This document shows positions 45,909-56,030 of a stretch of 64,000 bases of DNA, one piece after another. Source of the DNA: Acidimicrobiales bacterium (lineage in GTDB: Bacteria > Actinomycetota > Acidimicrobiia > Acidimicrobiales > CAIXPF01). The notes under the pieces were generated by a model, which searched no databases, was not told the origin of the DNA, and saw nothing but the letters and a program-made list of their open reading frames with translations. The stretch is taken from assembly GCA_046155365.1 (NCBI GenBank), contig JBJXFH010000198.1, positions 337-64,336 on the forward strand, in the 5' to 3' direction. Each line of letters starts with the position of its first letter. Within the stretch, counting starts at the first letter, position 1. Made by a program: the position numbers and the translations under genes.

Positions 45909-47768
45909 GTGCGTCTCGTCATCCGGCTCCTCGGATCGCCGTCGGTGGAACTCGATGGCGGCGCGCTTCGGCATTTGCGGGGCCACAAGTCCTGGGCGCT
46001 GCTGGCCTACTTGTTGCTCAGTGAACGCCCGCCGTCGCGCCACGAGCTCGCCGGTTTACTCTTCTCCGAAGCTGACGACCCGCTGGGGGCGTTGCGGTGG
46101 TCGGTGGCGGAGATTCGGCGGGGACTCGGCCCGGCGGCCAAGTTGGGTGGGGACCCATTGCGTTTGGAGCTTTCTCCTGAGGTTCGGGTCGATGCGCTGG
46201 AGATCGAGCGGGGTCGGGGTCCCACCGAAGCGGGGTTGCCGGGGGAGATCTTGGAGCGGATGTACTTTCCCCATTGCCCCGGGTTCGAAACGTGGTTGCT
46301 GATGGCCCGCCGCCGGGTGAACGGCCTAGCCGAGGCGGCCATGGTTGAGCGGGTCCACGAGGCGATCGCTGCGGGTACCGCGGCTGAGGTGACCGAACTC
46401 GCCGCCAGCCTGGTTGAGCACAGCCCCCTTGATGAGGACTACCAGGCTCTTTTGGTGCGCTGTTTGTGCGACAGCGGTGATCACGGCGCCGCGGTCCGCC
46501 AGCGCGACGCCGCGCTGGCGCTGTTCAAGGCCGAGCTCGGATTGGAGGGTTCGGAGCTGGTTGACGAGGCGCTGCGGCCCACGGTGACGGCCAAACGTGC
46601 ACAACAGCCGGGTGGGGCCGAGGTACTGGCCAACATCGACGCCGGCCGCGCCGCCATAGCTGCGGGCGCTATGGCCGCGGCCTTACATTGCCTGCGTGCC
46701 GCCGTGCACGACGCCGAGGATCGGGACGATGGTGCGCTCGTTGCCCGGGCGTTGACCAGCCTGGGCGCCGGCCTGGTGCGGGTGGGCGTCAGCGCCATGG
46801 ACGCCGAGATCACGCTACGACGGGGCTTGGTCGCCGCCCGGGCCGGGGGTGACCGCCAGAGCATGGTGGTGGCGCACCGGGAGTTGGGTTTCTTGCACGT
46901 GCAGGGCGGCTTCCACGTGGAGGCTGAGACGCACATACAGGCCGCTTCCGAGCTTGCCGGGGACGATGACAGCCAGCAGTCAACTATCTTGGGCATCCTG
47001 GGCATGAGCTTGTCCGACCGCGCCCGCTACCCCGAAGCCGCGTCGGTGCTGACCGAAGCCATCGCTCGGGCCCGACGATGTGACCGGCACCAGAAGGCGG
47101 CGTGGGCGGCAACCATGCTGGGTCGTGTGCATTTGCTACGCGGTGAGTTCGTCGAGGCCGCCGACCTGTTGGACGAGGCCCGGCGAGTGTCCCGCTCTGA
47201 TCGGTGGTCGGCGTTTCTGCCTTGGCCGGAGATCCTCAGAGCCGAGGTGGATTTCGAAGTGGGCGACGCCGGCCGAGCATCGGAGGACCTGCAGCATTCC
47301 CACGCCCTGGCAGTTCACCTGGGCGACGTGGGCTTGCAGGCCCTGGCGCTGGCCGGCCTGAGCCGCGTGGCCGCCCGCCGCGCTGAACCTGTGGTGGCTG
47401 CGCAGCATCTGGCCGCGGCGCGGTCCTTGCTGAGCGCCCGGCCGCGTCCGTACGTGTGGATTCAATCGCGGGTGTTGGCTGCGGCGGTGGCGGCGGCCCC
47501 GGTGGTGGGAGCTTCCCTGGCGTTCGGCCGCCCTCGTAACGTCGCCGTACCAAATAGCACGGGAGTAGGCGTTGGTGACCTACTCGACGCCTGGATCGGG
47601 CTGGCCATTCGGGCTGATCTGCGCGAGGAACTGGTCCGAGCACAGCTGGCGGCGTCCGCCCTTGGCCGATCGGGCGCGCTGGAGGCGGCACAATCACTGG
47701 CGGCGGCGATTGACAACCCGCGCCTGTCTCTCGACGTGGCTGCGGCGAGACTGCGCTGGTCCTGCTAG
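45909..47768 (+). CDS. SARP-family regulator (OmpR-type wHTH + BTAD + TPR-like repeats, no ATPase)
   Basis: VRLVIRLLGSPSVELDG...KSWALLAYLLL...RHELAGLLF (wHTH) and a BTAD (YQALLVRCLCDSGDHGAAVRQRDAALALFKAELGLE) are present. The start is GTG 45909 or 45873. Confidence 0.75.
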   Translation: MRLVIRLLGSPSVELDGGALRHLRGHKSWALLAYLLLSERPPSRHELAGLLFSEADDPLGALRWSVAEIRRGLGPAAKLGGDPLRLELSPEVRVDALEIERGRGPTEAGLPGEILERMYFPHCPGFETWLLMARRRVNGLAEAAMVERVHEAIAAGTAAEVTELAASLVEHSPLDEDYQALLVRCLCDSGDHGAAVRQRDAALALFKAELGLEGSELVDEALRPTVTAKRAQQPGGAEVLANIDAGRAAIAAGAMAAALHCLRAAVHDAEDRDDGALVARALTSLGAGLVRVGVSAMDAEITLRRGLVAARAGGDRQSMVVAHRELGFLHVQGGFHVEAETHIQAASELAGDDDSQQSTILGILGMSLSDRARYPEAASVLTEAIARARRCDRHQKAAWAATMLGRVHLLRGEFVEAADLLDEARRVSRSDRWSAFLPWPEILRAEVDFEVGDAGRASEDLQHSHALAVHLGDVGLQALALAGLSRVAARRAEPVVAAQHLAAARSLLSARPRPYVWIQSRVLAAAVAAAPVVGASLAFGRPRNVAVPNSTGVGVGDLLDAWIGLAIRADLREELVRAQLAASALGRSGALEAAQSLAAAIDNPRLSLDVAAARLRWSC

Positions 47769-47889
47769 TGCTGTGCAAGGAAGTGTGATCGCCGCTTCAC
47801 ACGATGGGTCACACGCCATGCCGTCATGGTGGGCGCAGAGGTGGAGCACCGGGTTCCCACGGCTTGACGCACCGCGCCGCGGTCCTTTA

Positions 47890-48243
47890 TCAGTCTGATC
47901 CGGGCTCGTAGAACGCAACGACGAAGCGGCAGCCAGGACCCGGCTCCACCCGGTGGGCGGTGTCGGGAGGGATGTCGATGGTCCCGCCGCTGACAAGGTC
48001 CCGGCCTCCAGCGGGCTGGTCAGGACCTGGCTGGTTGGTACCTGGCTGGTTGGTACCTGCGTGGTCGGAGGCGGTGGGATGCTCGAACACGAAGCGGAGG
48101 CCGCCTTCCAACACGCGCAGCCGTCCCCAGACCCCGGGAGCCACCCGGTGCGCCCGGCGGAGCCCGGCGGGGGTGGTGACATCGGTGAACTCCGGCGTGG
48201 TGCGGACCAGCCGGAAGCCGTCGGGCATGTGGGACCCGTTCAT
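47890..48243 (-). CDS. DUF1971 (TehB-N-terminal-like, cupin-type) protein with a repeat insertion
   Basis: TPEFTDVTTPAGLRRAHRVAPGVWGRLRVLEGGLRFVFE fits DUF1971. The domain is interrupted by GTNQPGTNQPGPDQP. Confidence 0.7.
   Translation of the reverse strand: MNGSHMPDGFRLVRTTPEFTDVTTPAGLRRAHRVAPGVWGRLRVLEGGLRFVFEHPTASDHAGTNQPGTNQPGPDQPAGGRDLVSGGTIDIPPDTAHRVEPGPGCRFVVAFYEPGSD
48011..48055 (-). repeat. in-frame 15-bp tandem repeat (about 3 units) inside the DUF1971 gene
   Basis: cctggctggttggta occurs twice perfectly (48026-48055), with a degenerate unit at 48011-48025. Confidence 0.9.
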
Positions 48244-48628
48244 TGCAAACCTCTCGGAACGTCATCGTTTGCGCCGACCAACGAAGGATACCAAATGGTA
48301 TGGAAGGCGTGGGCGGCCGGAGCGCGAGGGTGGCCTGTCAGCCCGCTTCGACCGGAACCAAGGCGCAATTGCGGCGTGCCGTGTGTGTGGCCCTGGGTCA
48401 GCAGCGGTCGCATGACCCTGGCCAGATCCACCGTGGCCGGATAGCGGCCGAGGTAGCGAATAAGTTAGGCCACCGTGGTTGGCCGGTAGCGTCCCATGGT
48501 GTCTCCCCCCATTGCGCTGGTGGGTTCATCGAGCGCCCTTTCGTGGGCACTACGCAGGGCTATAAGGCTCTAGTTATGGCCCCATTTCCCCTTGGTCCTC
48601 GTAGGACCGTGCTTTCCCCGAACCGGTT

Positions 48629-50137
48629 TCACGAAACCAACTGGCAGGCCGCGTCGATCGTGGCGTCGAGCGGCCCGTCGGTGCGGACCAACCGGGCCTC
48701 GGGCCAATGTGCAGCCCGGATGCGGAGCGCTTCGGCCACCGCCGCGGTGGCATCTGAGGCTCCACGGCCGGCGAGCTGGCGGGATTCGATGCGGGTTCGG
48801 GCGGCGAGCGGGTCGGTGTCCAGACGGATCTCGATCAGGTCGGCGAAGCGCTCATCGGCCAGGGAGCGGGCCGTGATCCGCTGGGCTTCATCGGTCCACG
48901 ACGCGTCCAGGATGACGTGTTCACCCATGGCCAGCAACATCCCGGCGCGGCGCAGCAGCTCCTGATAGGTGGCCATGGTTGAGGCTGGGTCGTACAAGCC
49001 TTGGTCCACGTCGGTTATGGCTCGGTCCGTCGGGGCCATACCGGCCAGTTCCTTCCGCACCGTGTCGCTGTTGAGCACGGCCCAACCCAGCCGGTCGCCC
49101 AAACCGTTGGCCACGGTGGTCTTGCCGGTACCGGGGGCGCCTCCCACCAGGACCAGCCGAACCCGCCCTTGGTCCAGGTGGCGTTGGCAGCGACGCAGGT
49201 GATCGACGGCCTCAGCGGCGGCGGTGGGGTCGCCCTGGGACCAGCGAAGGCAGGCGACCTTGCAGCGCACCTGTGCCCGATAGGCCACGTAATGGTGGGC
49301 CAACGATGCCGGGTGGGCTTCCCCGGAGAACTCGCCGTACCAGCGGAGGAATTCATCGGCCAACGAGACGCCGCCCAGCCGTTCGATGTCCATGGCCAGA
49401 AACGCCGCGTCGAGCAGGACATCGCCGTAACGCAAGCGATCATCGAAGGCCAGGCAGTCGAGCACCCGGGGACCGTCGGGAAGACAGAAAATGTCCTCGC
49501 ATTGCAGGTCACCGTGACCATCGATGGCCCGACCGGCGGTGATGCGGGCGTTGAACAGCGCCTCGCGGCCGTCAAGGTAACGGCGGAAGCGTTCGCCGAT
49601 GGCCTGCACCGTTGCTTCGTCCAGCACAACCCCGGCGTGGTGGCGCAGGGTCTCATGGTTTTTGTCCCAGTTGGCGCCAACCGCGGACCGGGTTGCGGCT
49701 GCCGCGGCGCCGATGGGGCGTGGGGCCTCGGCGTGCAGCACGGCGATCCTGCGGGCCAGCGCCATGGTCAATGGGCCCGCTTCGGAGGTTCCCAGAAGCC
49801 GGGTGAAACGCCGATCCTCGGGCATCCGGCGCATGATCAGCACCGGCTCGCCTGGCGCGTCCGTTTCGCCGTGTTCGTGCTGTGTTCCGACAAGTTCCAC
49901 CACGTCCAGATAGACGTCGGGGGCGAAGCGTCGGTTGCACTGCAGTTCGGTGCGCAACGCCGCCGCCCGAAGTTGCGGGGTGGAATAATCGAGAAAATCC
50001 AATTTCACGGGTTTGCAGAACTTGAAGGCTCTGCTCCCGGCGAACAGCAGGACCGACACGTGGGTCTCCGTGCCTCCCGGTGCATTGGAGTGATCGGCCA
50101 TGAGCTCCACCAGCGGCGCCGGGGTGGGCGGTTTCAC
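48629..50137 (-). CDS. bifunctional aminoglycoside-phosphotransferase-like / P-loop ATP-binding protein (Rv2004c-like)
   Basis: An N-terminal APH/kinase-like region (IDGHGDLQCEDIF) is followed by a C-terminal P-loop (LVGGAPGTGKTTVANGL). The start overlaps the upstream USP stop (ATGA-type). Confidence 0.8.
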   Translation of the reverse strand: MKPPTPAPLVELMADHSNAPGGTETHVSVLLFAGSRAFKFCKPVKLDFLDYSTPQLRAAALRTELQCNRRFAPDVYLDVVELVGTQHEHGETDAPGEPVLIMRRMPEDRRFTRLLGTSEAGPLTMALARRIAVLHAEAPRPIGAAAAATRSAVGANWDKNHETLRHHAGVVLDEATVQAIGERFRRYLDGREALFNARITAGRAIDGHGDLQCEDIFCLPDGPRVLDCLAFDDRLRYGDVLLDAAFLAMDIERLGGVSLADEFLRWYGEFSGEAHPASLAHHYVAYRAQVRCKVACLRWSQGDPTAAAEAVDHLRRCQRHLDQGRVRLVLVGGAPGTGKTTVANGLGDRLGWAVLNSDTVRKELAGMAPTDRAITDVDQGLYDPASTMATYQELLRRAGMLLAMGEHVILDASWTDEAQRITARSLADERFADLIEIRLDTDPLAARTRIESRQLAGRGASDATAAVAEALRIRAAHWPEARLVRTDGPLDATIDAACQLVS

Positions 50138-51111
50138 GGAACCACGACCACCGGCGTGCGGGCGTGGCTGATCACGTGTTCGGTGACGCGTCCCAGGACC
50201 GCCCGTACCGCTCCGTCGGCGCCGACCGCCCCGATGATTAGCAGGTCGCCCGGCTCGGTGGCGGCCACCAATTCGTTGGCCACCATGCCCTGCGTGACGC
50301 GATGGTGCACCTCGCTGTCAGGGGCAACGTCGTTCACCACGGCTCGCGCTTGGAGGCACAACCGCTCACCCAGCGCCGCGAGTTGCTCGGCGGCGTCGGG
50401 CGGGGTCAGCAGGCTCATCGGGTTGGTCAGCTTGGGCACCTGGAACACGTTGAGCAACAGCACCCCGGCCTGATCACGCTGGGCATGTTCGGCCGCCCAA
50501 TGCACGGCCCGCAGTGACTCCGGTGACCCGTCGATACCCACCACGAGCCGCCGGATCGGGCACGGCTCGGTGTCAGGGGCGCGGTCGCGGTGGTGGTGGC
50601 GGTCGTGGTCAGGGACGATGGCCACGGGCACGGTGGCGTGGTGCACGACTTGGTGGCTCACCGATCCCAACAGCAACGAGGTGAACCCGCCGCGACCTCG
50701 AGATCCCACCACGATCATGCAGTGTGCGCTGTCCCCTCCGTCCCCGCTGTCCCCGCTGTCCGCGCCGGCGCATTGGTGCAGCAGGGCGCCGGCGGCGTTG
50801 CCCTGTGTCAACAGTGTGGCGATGGGGATGTCGGGGCCGCAGCGGACCCTAGCCCGGGCGGCGGCGGATTCCAGCAGGCGATGAGCGGCGCTGAGGATCT
50901 CGGGCACGATATCGGGCAGTGCCCCCATGGCACCGCTGTAGGGATAATCCCAGCCGTGGACCAGCAGCAACGATCCGCCCCAGCGTCGAGCCTCCTCGCA
51001 GGCGAAGTCCACGGCGCGTTCCGACGGTGCGGATCCGTCCACACCCACAACGATGCGAAACGCCGGTGGTGCCGGGTTGGTGAGGGTTGCCGGGTCCTGC
51101 GGGCGGCTCAT
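50134..51111 (-). CDS. tandem-domain universal stress protein
   Basis: Two USP domains (IVVGVDGSAPS...GSRGRGGF; LVVGIDGSPES...). The ATG at 51111 is preceded by GGGAGGG. The ORF opens at 51387. Confidence 0.85.
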   Translation of the reverse strand: MSRPQDPATLTNPAPPAFRIVVGVDGSAPSERAVDFACEEARRWGGSLLLVHGWDYPYSGAMGALPDIVPEILSAAHRLLESAAARARVRCGPDIPIATLLTQGNAAGALLHQCAGADSGDSGDGGDSAHCMIVVGSRGRGGFTSLLLGSVSHQVVHHATVPVAIVPDHDRHHHRDRAPDTEPCPIRRLVVGIDGSPESLRAVHWAAEHAQRDQAGVLLLNVFQVPKLTNPMSLLTPPDAAEQLAALGERLCLQARAVVNDVAPDSEVHHRVTQGMVANELVAATEPGDLLIIGAVGADGAVRAVLGRVTEHVISHARTPVVVVP

Positions 51112-51252
51112 AGGAGAACCCTCCCTGTCCGCGGCGTGCTCCCCAAGGGCTAAGGGACCATCAAGGGAAGGACCTTTGGCCGGTGACGGGCCGACGGGAA
51201 TCGGGTGAGATGAACCCGCTGCTCCCACCAGAGCGACGAGAGGAGACCATCC

Positions 51253-53097
51253 GTGCGCTCGATCGCACCCCCACCGACGGGGAAGAGCACCCGGCGAGAG
51301 CAGATCGCCTGGACGATCGGGATGATCGTCGTACTGGGCGGTATCTGGGCGGCGGTCGCCTTGACCACTCCCCGCGACGCCGATCAACCCTTGGATCTGA
51401 GCTACAGCGCACTGACCGCGGCCATTGACGAGGGCCGGGTGCGTACGCTCGATCTCGCCGATGATGGGGCGGTCAGCGGCGAATTCTTGAACGGGACCCG
51501 GTTACGCAGTCGGGTCCCGATGGCGGCCTCGCTGGAGGACTTCCTCGGGCGGGTGGAGCGCGCTGAGGTGGATTTGCGGGTGGTGCGCGCCGATGGGGAT
51601 TCCCTGGGGTGGCTCGTCGGTCTGGTGTTCTGGGTGGTGCCGATAGGCCTGATCGTGTTGTTGTGGCGCAGCAGTTCGAAAGCCGGTAGTGGTCTGGGGG
51701 CTTCGGCGTTCGGCCGTTCCAAGGCCAAGGTCATCGATGAGCAACGGCCGGGGACCACCTTTGCTGACGTGGCCGGTTACGAGGGGGTCAAGGACGAGGT
51801 CTGGGAGGTGGTGGACTACCTGCGCCATCCCGAGCGGTATCACGAGGCCGGCGCCGTGGGTCCCGGCGGGGTGTTGATGGTGGGGCCGCCCGGTACCGGC
51901 AAGACCCACATCGCCCGGGCCATCGCCGGTGAGGCCGATGTGCCGTTTTTCTCGGTGACGGGATCGAGTTTTGTGGAGATGTTCGTGGGGGTGGGGGCGT
52001 CGAGGGTGCGTGACCTGTTCGCGCAGGCACGCACGCGAGCCCCGGCCATTGTGTTCATCGATGAGATCGACGCCATTGGCGGCCGCCGCGGTGTGCGCCA
52101 GGCGGTGTCCAACGATGAGCGGGAGCAGACACTCAATCAATTGTTGGCGGAGATGGACGGCTTTGACCCGGCGGTGGGTGTGGTGGTGTTGGCCGCCACC
52201 AACCGACCCGACGTGTTGGATCCCGCCTTGTTGCGGGCCGGCCGCTTTGATCGTCAGGTGGTGGTGCCGTTGCCCAACCAGTCCGAACGGGGGGCCATCC
52301 TGGCGGTGCATTGTCGCTCGAAGCAGCTGGGTGAGGACGTGGTGTTGACCCGGGTGGCGCGGTCCACTCCCGGCTTTTCCGGTGCGGATCTGGCCAACTT
52401 AGCCAATGAGGCGGCCATCGTAGCGGTGCGGGACCGGCGGGTGGTGGTCAGCGCCGCCGATTTCGACGAGGCCCGCGATCGCATCATCTTGGGCCGTCGG
52501 GACAAGGGTCATGTGCTGTTGGAGGACGAGCGTCACCTGGTGGCGGTGCACGAGGCCGGTCACGCGGTGGTCGCCGCGTTGTCCGCCCACGCCGATCCGG
52601 TGTCCAAGGTGTCCATCCTGCCGGCCGGAGCGGCGTTGGGAGTGACCCACCAGCTTCCGATCGATGAGCGCCACCTGTATACCGAGGGGTATCTGCAGGA
52701 CGCGCTGGCGGTGCGCCTCGGTGGTCGGGCGGCGGAGCGTTTGGTGTTGGGGGAGCGATCCTCGGGTGCAGCTGATGATCTGGCTTCGGCCACGGCGCTG
52801 GCGGGGCGGATGGTGAGGGAACTCGGCCTTTCCGATGTGGTGGGACCGGTGGGGTACTCGTCGCGACACTCGGCGTATCTGGGGGAGAGCACCAGCGAAC
52901 GGGATTTCAGCGAGGCCACCCAGCAGCTGATGGACGGGGAGGTGGCGGCCTTGTTACGCCGGGCGGAGAAACGGGCCTCAGAGCTGTTGTGCTCCCGAAG
53001 GACAGAACTGGACCGGCTCATTATCCTGCTGACCGAGGAGGAGGTACTGGACGGTACGCAGGTCTACCAGGTGCTGGGTTTGGGCTCACCGGGATGA
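51253..53097 (+). CDS. ftsH: ATP-dependent zinc metalloprotease FtsH (paralog in the stress island)
   Basis: Two N-terminal TMs, an AAA module ([26 protein letters not shown]) and the zinc motif HEAGHAV. GTG start. Confidence 0.9.
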   Translation: MRSIAPPPTGKSTRREQIAWTIGMIVVLGGIWAAVALTTPRDADQPLDLSYSALTAAIDEGRVRTLDLADDGAVSGEFLNGTRLRSRVPMAASLEDFLGRVERAEVDLRVVRADGDSLGWLVGLVFWVVPIGLIVLLWRSSSKAGSGLGASAFGRSKAKVIDEQRPGTTFADVAGYEGVKDEVWEVVDYLRHPERYHEAGAVGPGGVLMVGPPGTGKTHIARAIAGEADVPFFSVTGSSFVEMFVGVGASRVRDLFAQARTRAPAIVFIDEIDAIGGRRGVRQAVSNDEREQTLNQLLAEMDGFDPAVGVVVLAATNRPDVLDPALLRAGRFDRQVVVPLPNQSERGAILAVHCRSKQLGEDVVLTRVARSTPGFSGADLANLANEAAIVAVRDRRVVVSAADFDEARDRIILGRRDKGHVLLEDERHLVAVHEAGHAVVAALSAHADPVSKVSILPAGAALGVTHQLPIDERHLYTEGYLQDALAVRLGGRAAERLVLGERSSGAADDLASATALAGRMVRELGLSDVVGPVGYSSRHSAYLGESTSERDFSEATQQLMDGEVAALLRRAEKRASELLCSRRTELDRLIILLTEEEVLDGTQVYQVLGLGSPG

Positions 53098-55631
53098 GCG
53101 GTTCGACTGCTGGTTGGACGGGGCTGAGCGCCGCCGAGGTTGAGGTGCGCCGGCGGGCGGGCCACATCAACCGGGCACCGCGATCGCCGGGGCGCACCAT
53201 CGGCCAGATCCTCCGGGCCAACGTTCTGACCGGCTTCAACTTGGTGTTGGGCGCCATCTTCGTGGTGGTGATCCTGGTGGCGCCTCCGCAGGACGGGCTG
53301 TTCGGGGTGGTGCTGGTGGCCAACGCCGCCATTGGGGTCACCCAGGAGTTACGGGCCCGGCGGACCTTGCGTCGGCTGGCGGTGTTGGCCGCCCCCGGCG
53401 CCATCGTGGTGCGCGACGGCGTCGAGACCACGGTGGCGGCCACCGAGGTGGTGGTGGATGACGTGGTGGTGCTGCGAGCTGGCGCGGCGGTGGTGGTGGA
53501 CGGTCCGCTGCTGCACACCGCGGGGCTGGAGCTGGACGAGTCACCGCTTACCGGTGAATCGGAGCCCGTCCCCCACAACATCGGGGACGTGGTGCGCTCC
53601 GGTAGCGCGGTGGTGGGTGGTTGGGGCCTGCAACGCGCCGAAGGAGTGGGAGAACAGGCCTACGCGGTGCGACTGGCATCGGAAGCACAACGATTCCGGG
53701 CCGTGCCCTCCGAGTTGCAGCAGGGTCTCAGCCGGGTGCTGCGCTGGGTGGGGGTGGGCTTGGTCCCCGCTTCGGTGCTGTTGGTCTCCGGCCAGATGCG
53801 AGCCGGCCTCGGATGGCGGGAGGGTGCCCAGCGTTCCGCCGCCGGCATCATCGCCCTCGTACCGGAGGGTTTGGTGTTGCTCACCAGCGTGGCCTTTGCC
53901 GTGGGGGTGGTTCGGCTGGGTCGGCGGCACTGTCTGATCAAGGAACTCCCCGCGGTGGAGGTGCTGGCCCGGGTGGACACGTTGTGTGTGGACAAGACCG
54001 GGACCCTGACTGAGGGCACCCCGACCCTCTGCGAGGTGGTACCGCTCGGTATGTTCGATCAGGAGCGGGCTCGCCGGGCGATGGCGGAGTTCGCCGCGGC
54101 GGACCCGACGCCGAACGCCACCGTGCTCGCCGCCCGTAGCGCCCTGGCGGTGGGGGAGACCGCCACCGTTGGGACCATCGTTGCTACCGCCGATGCTGTG
54201 GATGCCATCGCGTTCTCGTCGATCCGCAAATGGTCCGCGCTGGCCCTGTCGAAGCCATACCGGGCTGGTGACCCCGAGGGCGCCGAGGACGGGACCTGGT
54301 GGTACCTGGGCGCCCCGGAGATCCTCGGGTCCGGGAGCGGCGAGGGCGATGAGGGTGTGGCCGCGCTGGTTGCGGCCCGAACCGGACGCGGTCAACGGGT
54401 GGTGCTGCTGGGCCGGGGGTCCGCGCCGCGGCGTCACCACGATGATGAGCCGCAGCTCCCGCCGGGGGTGGAACCGGTGGCGCTGGTGGTGTTCGAGGAA
54501 CGCGTCCGCGCTGACGCCGCCGCCACCGTTGCCTGGTTCCAAGATCAGGGGGTGACCCTGAAGGTGATCTCGGGCGACAACGTGGACACGGCCTCCGCGG
54601 TGGCCCGCCGAGTGGGTGTTGCCGGAGCAGACCGGGCCGTGGATGCCCGAACCCTGCCCGGGGGGACCAACGGCGGCGGTGGGGCCGGGGACCTCGAGGA
54701 CCCCGAGAGCGTTGAGGCCCAGCAACGGCTGGCGGCGGTGATGGAGGGGGCCGCGGTGTTCGGCCGGGTCACCCCGGACCAGAAGCGGGCCATGGTGGCG
54801 GCCCTCCAGCAGCGCGGTCATGTGGTGGCCATGACCGGGGACGGTGTGAACGACATCAGCGCCTTGAAAGAAGCCGATCTCGGCATCGCCATGGGCAGCG
54901 GCAGCGACGCCACCAAGGCGGTGGCCCGGGTGGTGTTGCTCGACGGCAACTTCGCCTCGCTGGCGGCGGTGGTGGGTGAGGGTCAGCGGGTGCTGGCCAA
55001 CATGGAACGAGTGGCCAACCTCTTTCTCACCAAGACGGTGTGTGCCTTCGTGTTGTCGGTGGTGGTGGGCGTGGCGGCTCAGCCCTACCCGCTGCTGCCG
55101 CGCCATCTGAGCCTCATCTCGGCCATCGGGATCGGCGTGCCCGGTTTCGTGCTGGCGTTGGCTCCTGCCCGCCAGCCGGCCCGGCCCGGCTTCGTCCGAC
55201 GAGTGTGTTCCTTCGCGATGCGGTCGGGGACCGTGACCGCGGCCGCGGTGCTGGTGATTCACGGTGCCCGCGGCTCCCACGATGCAACCAGCGAGCTTCG
55301 TCAAACCGAGGTGGCGCTCACCTGGGCGCTCATGGCGCTGGTGGTGTTGGTCATCGTGGCCCGACCCCTCAACGCCGTCAAAACCGTGTTGATCGGTTCG
55401 ATGGCGCTGATGTTGGGCATCGCCGTGCTTTCACCGGTGACCCGGGACGTTCTGGCGCTGAGCCGTCTCGACACCCGCGGCTTGGCCGCGGTCACCCTCG
55501 CCGTACTAGTAAGTATGCTACTGGTCGGTAGGCCCGGCGGGGCGGGGGGATGGATGAAGGGGCAGGACCACCACCGGCACCTCGGCCTGCGCCAGCACCC
55601 ATTCGCTGGTGGAGCCCAGTGGCCGAAGTGA
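53094..55631 (+). CDS. cation-translocating P-type ATPase (P2-type, PEGL motif; CtpF/CtpE-like)
   Basis: TGESEPV, VPEGLVLLT, CVDKTGTLTEG and MTGDGVNDISALKEADLGIAMG are present. The ATG overlaps the FtsH stop (ATGA at 53094-53097). Confidence 0.9.
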   Translation: MSGSTAGWTGLSAAEVEVRRRAGHINRAPRSPGRTIGQILRANVLTGFNLVLGAIFVVVILVAPPQDGLFGVVLVANAAIGVTQELRARRTLRRLAVLAAPGAIVVRDGVETTVAATEVVVDDVVVLRAGAAVVVDGPLLHTAGLELDESPLTGESEPVPHNIGDVVRSGSAVVGGWGLQRAEGVGEQAYAVRLASEAQRFRAVPSELQQGLSRVLRWVGVGLVPASVLLVSGQMRAGLGWREGAQRSAAGIIALVPEGLVLLTSVAFAVGVVRLGRRHCLIKELPAVEVLARVDTLCVDKTGTLTEGTPTLCEVVPLGMFDQERARRAMAEFAAADPTPNATVLAARSALAVGETATVGTIVATADAVDAIAFSSIRKWSALALSKPYRAGDPEGAEDGTWWYLGAPEILGSGSGEGDEGVAALVAARTGRGQRVVLLGRGSAPRRHHDDEPQLPPGVEPVALVVFEERVRADAAATVAWFQDQGVTLKVISGDNVDTASAVARRVGVAGADRAVDARTLPGGTNGGGGAGDLEDPESVEAQQRLAAVMEGAAVFGRVTPDQKRAMVAALQQRGHVVAMTGDGVNDISALKEADLGIAMGSGSDATKAVARVVLLDGNFASLAAVVGEGQRVLANMERVANLFLTKTVCAFVLSVVVGVAAQPYPLLPRHLSLISAIGIGVPGFVLALAPARQPARPGFVRRVCSFAMRSGTVTAAAVLVIHGARGSHDATSELRQTEVALTWALMALVVLVIVARPLNAVKTVLIGSMALMLGIAVLSPVTRDVLALSRLDTRGLAAVTLAVLVSMLLVGRPGGAGGWMKGQDHHRHLGLRQHPFAGGAQWPK

Positions 55632-56009
55632 GCCTCCCACGCCGCGCTGGCCCACCACGATCAGGTCCACGTCCTGTTCCCGGGCCGCCGTCATCAGTGC
55701 TTGGGCGCCGGGGCCAGGGTGGGTGAGGATGATGGTTGGGGGCCGGGAGGACCCTTCACGTTCAAGGGATGCCAGCGTGTCCTCCACGAAGCGTTCGATC
55801 TCGAAGCGGGGTCGAAGTCCCGAGCCTTCCAGCAATCCCTGCCCGTGCACCACCACCAAGGACGCGCCGCAACCCGCGGCCATCTGAGCGGCCCAACGAA
55901 GGGCGCTGGCGGCGTGCGCTGAGGGGTCCACACCCACCACGATCCGGCGGGGCGGCACGGCCGGCTGGTGAGGCACGTCGTTGTGGTCGTGCTCGGTCTC
56001 AAGGGGCAA
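55518..56009 (-). CDS. universal stress protein (single domain)
   Basis: RIVVGVDPSAHAASALRWAA...LIVVGQRGVGG...VPVVVL is present. The start is TTG 56009 or GTG 55976. Confidence 0.8.
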   Translation of the reverse strand: MPLETEHDHNDVPHQPAVPPRRIVVGVDPSAHAASALRWAAQMAAGCGASLVVVHGQGLLEGSGLRPRFEIERFVEDTLASLEREGSSRPPTIILTHPGPGAQALMTAAREQDVDLIVVGQRGVGGSLRPLGSTSEWVLAQAEVPVVVLPLHPSPRPAGPTDQ

Positions 56010-56030
56010 CGTTGTCAGCTCCCGGCGAGG

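Noticed and set aside
48594-48608. GGTCCT-CGT-AGGACC palindrome as a DevR/DosR box.
   Set aside because: The half-site order is inverted relative to the DosR-type GGGAC..GTCCC arrangement, and the spacer length is odd. It lies 20 nt past the stop of the APH/ATPase gene, so a 3'-end hairpin is at least as likely, although it lacks a U-tract.
53541-55304. 587-aa minus-strand ORF covering most of the P-type ATPase gene.
   Set aside because: It has the same high-GC artefact composition (His/Arg/Gly/Pro-rich, no domains). The plus-strand frame carries every canonical P-type ATPase motif.
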